Positions 58,173 through 64,000 of a stretch of 64,000 nt of DNA are shown piece after piece. Position 1 is the stretch's first letter; each line of letters starts with the position of its first letter. Both the position numbers and the translations under genes were made by a program. The notes beneath the pieces were generated by a model, which did not search any database, was not told the origin of the DNA, and saw nothing but the letters and a program-made list of their open reading frames with translations. The stretch lies in the NCBI GenBank assembly GCA_046483495.1, contig JAWODC010000076.1, positions 65,281 to 129,280 of the forward strand, read 5' to 3'. This DNA comes from Desulfobacterales bacterium (GTDB lineage: Bacteria > Desulfobacterota > Desulfobacteria > Desulfobacterales > UBA5616).

Positions 58173-58898
58173 ATGAAAACGTATGGGCTTTTAATTTTTA
58201 TAATCTTTTGTATCTGCATTTCCGCGCAGGCTCAGGATACGAACCGTTCATATCAGGTTGGTGAAAAATGGGTATATCAGTATGAAGGCCCCAAAACGCA
58301 CCGATTCGAGGCTCTCTGGGAAATGGATTTCTATAAAGGCGAGCGGAAAAGAGAGGTCCTCTTTTTCAAAGAGAAAGGGGGGAAGACATTTTGCGTCATT
58401 CAGGAAAATTATGGGAAACCCGACCCTGTTAAAACCCATTACTATGTCGATGAAAACAATTTCATCGCTGTCGAAGTGTCAATGGCACCCCAACACGTGG
58501 TGACGTCTGTTTTCAAGCCCGGATGTCCGTTCGATATTCCGGACTTGGAGATTGGTGAAGAAAAGGTGTTCGAATATACCAAGACCAACGATCTTCTCCA
58601 TAATACAACTGCTTATAATCTTACGATCGAACGACTGGAAGATCAGACGATCGAGGTGCCTGCCGGCACATTTGAAAACTGCAAACGATTCAAGATGTCT
58701 GTATCAGCCATAATCGAACCGAATGTTCAGGATATCAGGAAAACGGTGATCAATCTCGATACCGATCTCTGGTGGCATCCTTCGGTCAACGGTACGGTTA
58801 AAGAAGTAAGCAAAACAGGCCCTTTTGAATATGTGGGAGAGATGCTTCCGGGCTATGTTGCGAAAAGTGTCCTGACGTCCTATTCATCGGGCAAATAG
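58173..58898 (+). CDS. Secreted hypothetical protein (IEVPAGTFENC motif)
   Basis: Signal peptide ending AQA, AAGGAGG RBS, beta-rich sequence; TIEVPAGTF is typical of DUF3108-like exported proteins. Confidence 0.7.
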   Translation: MKTYGLLIFIIFCICISAQAQDTNRSYQVGEKWVYQYEGPKTHRFEALWEMDFYKGERKREVLFFKEKGGKTFCVIQENYGKPDPVKTHYYVDENNFIAVEVSMAPQHVVTSVFKPGCPFDIPDLEIGEEKVFEYTKTNDLLHNTTAYNLTIERLEDQTIEVPAGTFENCKRFKMSVSAIIEPNVQDIRKTVINLDTDLWWHPSVNGTVKEVSKTGPFEYVGEMLPGYVAKSVLTSYSSGK

Positions 58899-58930
58899 CC
58901 GGTATCATTATAACGAAAAGGAACTGTAAA

Positions 58931-61900
58931 ATGAAAAACCAGAAGATTTCATTAAAAGCCCTTTTTATATCGTTCATGATTTCGGTATGGGGCCTTCTTG
59001 TTGCCCCGTTGACGGTTTTCAGCGTCAGTACCTGTGATGACCAGGCTGAGAAAATGCTTGAATTATCCGGAATACAGGGCGGCCTTGTAGTGCATTTAAA
59101 TTGTTCGGACGGAAAATTGACCGAAGCGCTGCGAATAAATGATGCATTTCTCGTGCATGGGCTGGACAAAAACGATGACAATGTACGAGCGGCCCGGCAA
59201 TACATCATGTCTAAGAAACAATACGGGCCGGTTTCTGTGGACCGTCTCGTCGGAAACAACCTTCCGTATACGGATAATCTCGTAAACCTGCTGGTGGCCG
59301 AGGACCTCGGCGGCGTTTCCATGGATGAAGTCATGCGGGTGCTGTGTCCTGACGGAGTGGCTCTAATAAAAAACACAAACGCCTGGGAAAAAATGGTTAA
59401 GCCGAGGCCGGAGGATATGGACGAATGGACCCACTATCTCCACGATGTTGACGGCAATATGGTTTCCCAGGACAAACAAATCGGACCGTTAAAACATTTT
59501 CAATGGATAGGCAGTCCTAAATGGGCCCGTCACCATGACGTTATGGCGAGCATGAGTGCCCTTGTATCCGCAAACGGCCGAATATTTTATATTTTTGATG
59601 AGGGTCCGACGGAATCCATTCAAATGCCGCCCAAATGGACGCTTATCGCACGGGATGCCTTCAACGGCACCATCCTGTGGAAAAGGCCGATAGAAAAATG
59701 GCAGAATCATCTGTTCCCCTTGAAAAGTGGGCCGGCCCATTTACCCCGAAGATTGGTTGCGGTCGGAAATCGTGTTTTCGTGACCCTGGGTATCGATGCA
59801 CCGGTGACGGAAATCGATGCAGCCACGGGTAAAACCATTCGAACGTTCAGCAAGAGCGAAAAAACGTCAGAGATTCTATTTTCCGACGACACCCTGTTTT
59901 TTGTAGTCGGACGTCCTGAGAAAAAAGACGAGACCTACAAAGCAAAACATACATGGGTCTGGGAAAATCCGAAAACAGCCAGAAACGAGTGGGCCTGGAG
60001 CGGCGAAGTACGGCACATTATGGCCGTTGATGCTGATAACGGAAACATCCTGTGGATGAAGGATTATTCCGTGGCACCGTTGACGCTGACATCCGGTAAA
60101 GAGGCGGTTTATTTTTATGACGGTGACGCGGTAGTCTCCATCGATCGAAAAGCGGGCAAAGAGATCTGGAGATCGCAATCCATAAAAAGAGAGCCGGTCA
60201 TTACAACGGCCTATGCACCAAGGATGGTTGTCTCTGAAGATGTCGTTTTGATTTCCGCTGAAAAGGGATGGACAACAGCGTTGTCTTCTTCAGACGGCGA
60301 ACTGCTGTGGAGAGAAAGACAACAGCCCTCGGGGCATTATTCACCGGAGGATATGCTGGTGATCGACGGACTCGTATGGTCCGGTGCTACCTTGTGGACC
60401 ATGAATTCGGGCACGTTTATCGGTAGGGATTTGCATACAGGCGAAATAAAAAACCAGTTTTCACCCAATGTGCACACCTACTGGTTTCACCAGCGGTGCT
60501 ATCCAAGCAAGGCAACCGAAAAATATATCCTGCCGTCTCGTACCGGCATCGAGTTTGTCGACCACGAGAACGAACAGTGGCAGATCAATCATTATGTTCG
60601 CGGGGGGTGTCTTTATGGTATCTTACCCGCCAACGGTCTCATATATGCTCCTCCACATGCTTGTGCCTGCTATATGGAGTCTAAATTGAACGGCTTTAAT
60701 GCCCTTGCACCTGCATTTCCATCGGAACCGGATTTGAATTCCATCCGGGAGGAAGACCGGCTTGAAAAAGGGCCTGCATATCATTCACCGATCGTGGATG
60801 ATGCAAGTCCACAGGACTGGCCCACTTATCGCCACGATGCAAAGAGGAGCGGTTTCACTCCGTCAGCCGTATCTCCGGATATGGAGCGCCGATGGCGCAT
60901 GACACTCGGCGGCAAGCTTTCAAGTCCTGTTATCGCCGGCAATCGTGTATATGTTTCAAAAGTGGATGAGCACACGATTTTTGCCATGGATGCGGCTGAC
61001 GGCAAAATACTCTGGGAATTCACCTCGGGCGGGCGGATCGATTCTCCACCGACCCTATACCGGGGACGAGTACTGTTCGGATCTGCAGACGGATACGTAT
61101 ACAGTCTAAAGGCTACAGACGGCTCACTTATTTGGCGGTATCGAGCTGCACCATTGGATCGACGGATTATGGCCTTTGAACAGCTCGAATCCATGTGGCC
61201 CGTGAGCGGAAGTGTGCTGATCCAGGATGAAAGGTTGTATTGCGTTGCCGGCAGGTCCATGTTTTTGGACGGCGGTATGCGCCTGATTCAGTTGAACCCG
61301 GAAACCGGTGTGAAAATTGCCGAAACAATTCTCGATGAAACCGATCCGCAAAGCGGGAAAAACCTTCAGGCATTTACCCGAAACCTGACCATGCCGGTAG
61401 CCCTACCGGATGTGCTTTCCAGCGACGGCAAATATATTTACATGCGGTCCCAGCAGTTCGACCTTTCCGGAAACCGAACGCAAATTGCGCCCAGAAATCC
61501 GCTGGATCAGATCGGAGAAGGGATTCATGTCTTTTCTCCCGGGGGGTTTCTGGATGATTCCCTGTTTTTCAGGACATATATGATGTACGGCAAGAGCATT
61601 ATTTCGGGATGGGGTGCATGGGCCATGCCGGCCCGATTGGCACCCTCGGGCCGCTTGATCGTAATGGATGATGAAACGATTTATGGTTTCGGCCGCAAGC
61701 CCGAATACCTGAGTGAATGCACGGTACTTGAATACATGCTCTATGCGGCGGACAAAAAAGGCAGTGAAGAAAACATCCGCCAGGTGGTGATGTCCGAGAG
61801 GCAGATGAACGCAGCCGCTGCACCCCGGAAGGAATTCATGGCCAGTTCAGCGGACTGGAAGCTTCGCCAGGGATTCCCCCTGAAGGCCCGGTCTGCAGCA

Positions 61901-62245
61901 GCATATCGATGGATTGTCGACAGTCCTTCGGTCCAGGCCAGAGCCATGATAGCGGCGGATAAGATGATCCTGGTTGCGGGTCCCCCGGATGTATTCGATG
62001 AAGAGGAGGCATTCTTTCAACCGGATGATCCCACGATACAAAAACAACTTTTTGAGCAAAATGCATTACTTGAAGGTGAAAAAGGCGCTGTGATCCGGGC
62101 GGTATCGACATCGGATGGAAAACAATTGGCGCAATACCCACTGGACGCCCTGCCGGTATGGGACGGTATGGCGGCGGCCGGGGGAAGACTGGTCCTTTCC
62201 ACCATGGCGGGCGAGGTTGTCTGTTTCGATAAGAAGGAAAAATAG
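58931..62245 (+). CDS. Large exported PQQ-like beta-propeller repeat protein with N-terminal methyltransferase-like domain
   Basis: Repeated DAxxGxxxW blades, DWPTYRHD and GGRIDSPP. N-terminal LPYTDNLVNLLV..EVMRVLCPDG; HQRCY, RGGC and PHACAC motifs. Confidence 0.85.
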   Translation: MKNQKISLKALFISFMISVWGLLVAPLTVFSVSTCDDQAEKMLELSGIQGGLVVHLNCSDGKLTEALRINDAFLVHGLDKNDDNVRAARQYIMSKKQYGPVSVDRLVGNNLPYTDNLVNLLVAEDLGGVSMDEVMRVLCPDGVALIKNTNAWEKMVKPRPEDMDEWTHYLHDVDGNMVSQDKQIGPLKHFQWIGSPKWARHHDVMASMSALVSANGRIFYIFDEGPTESIQMPPKWTLIARDAFNGTILWKRPIEKWQNHLFPLKSGPAHLPRRLVAVGNRVFVTLGIDAPVTEIDAATGKTIRTFSKSEKTSEILFSDDTLFFVVGRPEKKDETYKAKHTWVWENPKTARNEWAWSGEVRHIMAVDADNGNILWMKDYSVAPLTLTSGKEAVYFYDGDAVVSIDRKAGKEIWRSQSIKREPVITTAYAPRMVVSEDVVLISAEKGWTTALSSSDGELLWRERQQPSGHYSPEDMLVIDGLVWSGATLWTMNSGTFIGRDLHTGEIKNQFSPNVHTYWFHQRCYPSKATEKYILPSRTGIEFVDHENEQWQINHYVRGGCLYGILPANGLIYAPPHACACYMESKLNGFNALAPAFPSEPDLNSIREEDRLEKGPAYHSPIVDDASPQDWPTYRHDAKRSGFTPSAVSPDMERRWRMTLGGKLSSPVIAGNRVYVSKVDEHTIFAMDAADGKILWEFTSGGRIDSPPTLYRGRVLFGSADGYVYSLKATDGSLIWRYRAAPLDRRIMAFEQLESMWPVSGSVLIQDERLYCVAGRSMFLDGGMRLIQLNPETGVKIAETILDETDPQSGKNLQAFTRNLTMPVALPDVLSSDGKYIYMRSQQFDLSGNRTQIAPRNPLDQIGEGIHVFSPGGFLDDSLFFRTYMMYGKSIISGWGAWAMPARLAPSGRLIVMDDETIYGFGRKPEYLSECTVLEYMLYAADKKGSEENIRQVVMSERQMNAAAAPRKEFMASSADWKLRQGFPLKARSAAAYRWIVDSPSVQARAMIAADKMILVAGPPDVFDEEEAFFQPDDPTIQKQLFEQNALLEGEKGAVIRAVSTSDGKQLAQYPLDALPVWDGMAAAGGRLVLSTMAGEVVCFDKKEK

Positions 62246-62248
62246 ATT

Positions 62249-63343
62249 TTGCGGATCCGATTTTTTGTGGCGGCGGTATTATCGGTGTGCATGGCGCAAA
62301 TCGATGTACAGGAAGCCGGGAGCTGTTCCGTCCCGGTTTTTCGCTATGCATTGGAACGATGGGCACCGGATGCCTATTATGGAATGATCCTGTTTAAGGA
62401 TGAAATGACTAAAGATGAACGGGCGCTTTATGAGCAATTGGAATACAACACGAAAAATGATTTCCCACTGAATTTGAAAATCCAGGCTGTGAATACAGCC
62501 TCGGTTTCGAAAGAAAAAATCGAAGATGTGCTGAAGAGCGATATTCCTGAAAAACTGCCAGTTATAACGCTATGGTATCCGGGCAGTATAGGTAAAACCG
62601 CCCCCATTTTCACAAAAAGGTTCGAACCTGCAATTGTCGATGCCATCTCCCACTCCCCGAAAAGAGAAGAGCTTGCCAAAAGACTCATCAGTAAAGATGC
62701 CGCCGTATGGATTCTTCTGCAGTCGGGCAACATGGAAAAGGATCAGCAGGTCGAATCGCTTTTAAGAAAAGAACTCGATGCGGCACACATACGCCTTTCA
62801 AAAAAACCCAATCCTATCATTCCCGGAAACCAGGAAAATACGGTTTCCTACGATTTTTCAATCCTTCACCTGTCACAAGCGGATCCATTGGAACACATTT
62901 TCGTTAAAACGCTGCTTGGAAGTGAATCGGACCTGTATGAGCACCGGAACAAACCCATAATTATGCCCGTCTTCGGCAGAGGTCGGTTGCTGGGAGCCCT
63001 TTTCGGGGAGTTTATCACAGAGAACAACATCCAGGGTGCCGTTTCGTTTATGACCGGCGCTTGCAGTTGCGAGGTCAAGGCAATGAACCCAGGAATCGAT
63101 CTGCTGATGGCTGCGCCCTGGGAAAGGGCTGTTATCGATTATTGGGAAAATGAAACCATTCCCGAGCTGACCGGTGTGATGCCCGAAACACCAGGTTCTG
63201 AAAACAAGGCGGCCGGTGAATCCCATAAAAATAAAAAGGGATCGAATCTTTTACTGGTTTATGGATCGGCACTCATCGGGATACTGGTGGTAGTTGGATT
63301 GATAAGTGTAATCATCATGCGGCGCCCGGGGAGGTCCCGATGA
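62249..63343 (+). CDS. Exported, C-terminally membrane-anchored hypothetical protein
   Basis: TTG start, signal peptide, CSVPVFRYALERW, PVFGRGR and GACSCEVK..NPG motifs, C-terminal TM plus basic tail. Confidence 0.75.
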   Translation: MRIRFFVAAVLSVCMAQIDVQEAGSCSVPVFRYALERWAPDAYYGMILFKDEMTKDERALYEQLEYNTKNDFPLNLKIQAVNTASVSKEKIEDVLKSDIPEKLPVITLWYPGSIGKTAPIFTKRFEPAIVDAISHSPKREELAKRLISKDAAVWILLQSGNMEKDQQVESLLRKELDAAHIRLSKKPNPIIPGNQENTVSYDFSILHLSQADPLEHIFVKTLLGSESDLYEHRNKPIIMPVFGRGRLLGALFGEFITENNIQGAVSFMTGACSCEVKAMNPGIDLLMAAPWERAVIDYWENETIPELTGVMPETPGSENKAAGESHKNKKGSNLLLVYGSALIGILVVVGLISVIIMRRPGRSR

Positions 63344-63921
63344 ATATCCACCACCTTGTCCTGAGGGAAATGCGCCACCGGAAACTCAATTATTTTCTGG
63401 GTGTGCTTGCCGTTATGATCGCTACTGCATCGCTGGTCGGTGCAATGGTTTTACTTCGCGCACATGATATACGCACCTCCATCATTCTTAAACAGAAAGA
63501 GGCTGAGCTTTCGGACCGGATGGACATTTTGAAGGATGATACACGAAAAGCCATGCTAAAGCTCGGCTTTAACCTCGTTATCCTTCCACAGAATCAGAAC
63601 CTGGGGGAATGGTATTCAAACGATTACGCCACAACATATATGCCCGAGTCTTATGTGGATCAACTGGCAAACTCCGGTATTATCTCGGTCCGTCATTTCC
63701 TTCCCAGTCTTCAGCAGAAAATCGAGTGGCCGGAGAAAAATCGAACCATCATCCTGGTGGGGGCGCGCGGAGAGGTCCCCAACTTGCATAAACAGCCCAG
63801 AAAACCCCTGGTTGAAACCATTGCGCCGGGCACGATCACACTCGGATATGAGCTTCATCGAAGCATGGGCCTCCGGATCGATGACAAGGTCACTTCAGGG
63901 TCAGCTACATGTATCTCGTAG
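63340..63921 (+). pseudogene. FtsX/MacB-like ABC permease, apparently truncated
   Basis: LREMRHRKLN plus TM1 and a periplasmic region, but it stops at 193 aa with no C-terminal TMs. Sequence character changes after ..DDKVT (~63894). Confidence 0.6.
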
Positions 63922-64000
63922 GTAGATGCTTCTCCCTTCTTTCGCTTCTGGGTCTCACAAAGGACTGTTTCCATGTCGTTTCCAACTACTAAGTCATGGG
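63893..64000 (-). mobile_element. Possible non-coding end of an IS110-family element
   Basis: Minus strand GGGAGAAGCATC..ACGAGATACATGTAGCTGACCCTGA resembles IS110-type end sequences from memory. No transposase in the window. Confidence 0.35.

Noticed and set aside
49835..64000. Genomic island integrated at tRNA-Ser
   Set aside because: The accessory-looking genes lie on the 5' side of the tRNA, its terminator is intact, and no integrase or duplicated tRNA 3' end was seen.

Overview
A chromosomal segment most consistent with an anaerobic Desulfobacterales-like deltaproteobacterium. This is inferred from gene content: an IspH-UbiA fusion, a stand-alone EF-G paralog, a SidJ-like protein, a GEMM riboswitch and the codon style. 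Left to right it holds: (1) a split transketolase / Zn-dehydrogenase / GMC-oxidoreductase cluster; (2) gatB, queA-tgt, a NifU-type carrier and an aminotransferase; (3) a methylmalonyl-CoA cluster (epimerase, mutase, MeaB, carboxyltransferase, small subunit, 5S-biotinyl fusion, sucCD); (4) a TetR-SulP-phosphorelay cluster with no DNA-binding response regulator; (5) a TonB receptor plus nucleoside hydrolase-FmdE fusion behind an attenuator leader; (6) a MaoC pair, Smr, plsY and parA-parB-DUF3842-cooT-ispH/ubiA; (7) an M48 protease, a divergent EF-G, a SidJ-like pseudokinase, an MFS transporter and tRNA-Ser(GCT); (8) a corrinoid methyltransferase / EthD-like / FrhB-like / cupin cluster; (9) a membrane-protein gene behind a c-di-GMP-I riboswitch; (10) a Planctomycete-style beta-propeller / ABC permease cluster whose permease breaks off near the window end. 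No CRISPR array, rRNA, integrase or transposase was seen. The most striking signals are a SidJ-type glutamylase candidate with conserved catalytic-residue spacing, a family of ~146-bp intergenic repeats whose stems covary while internal loops stay fixed, the SulP phosphorelay and the atypical corrinoid cluster. All family assignments come from motif reading and recall; no database searches were run.
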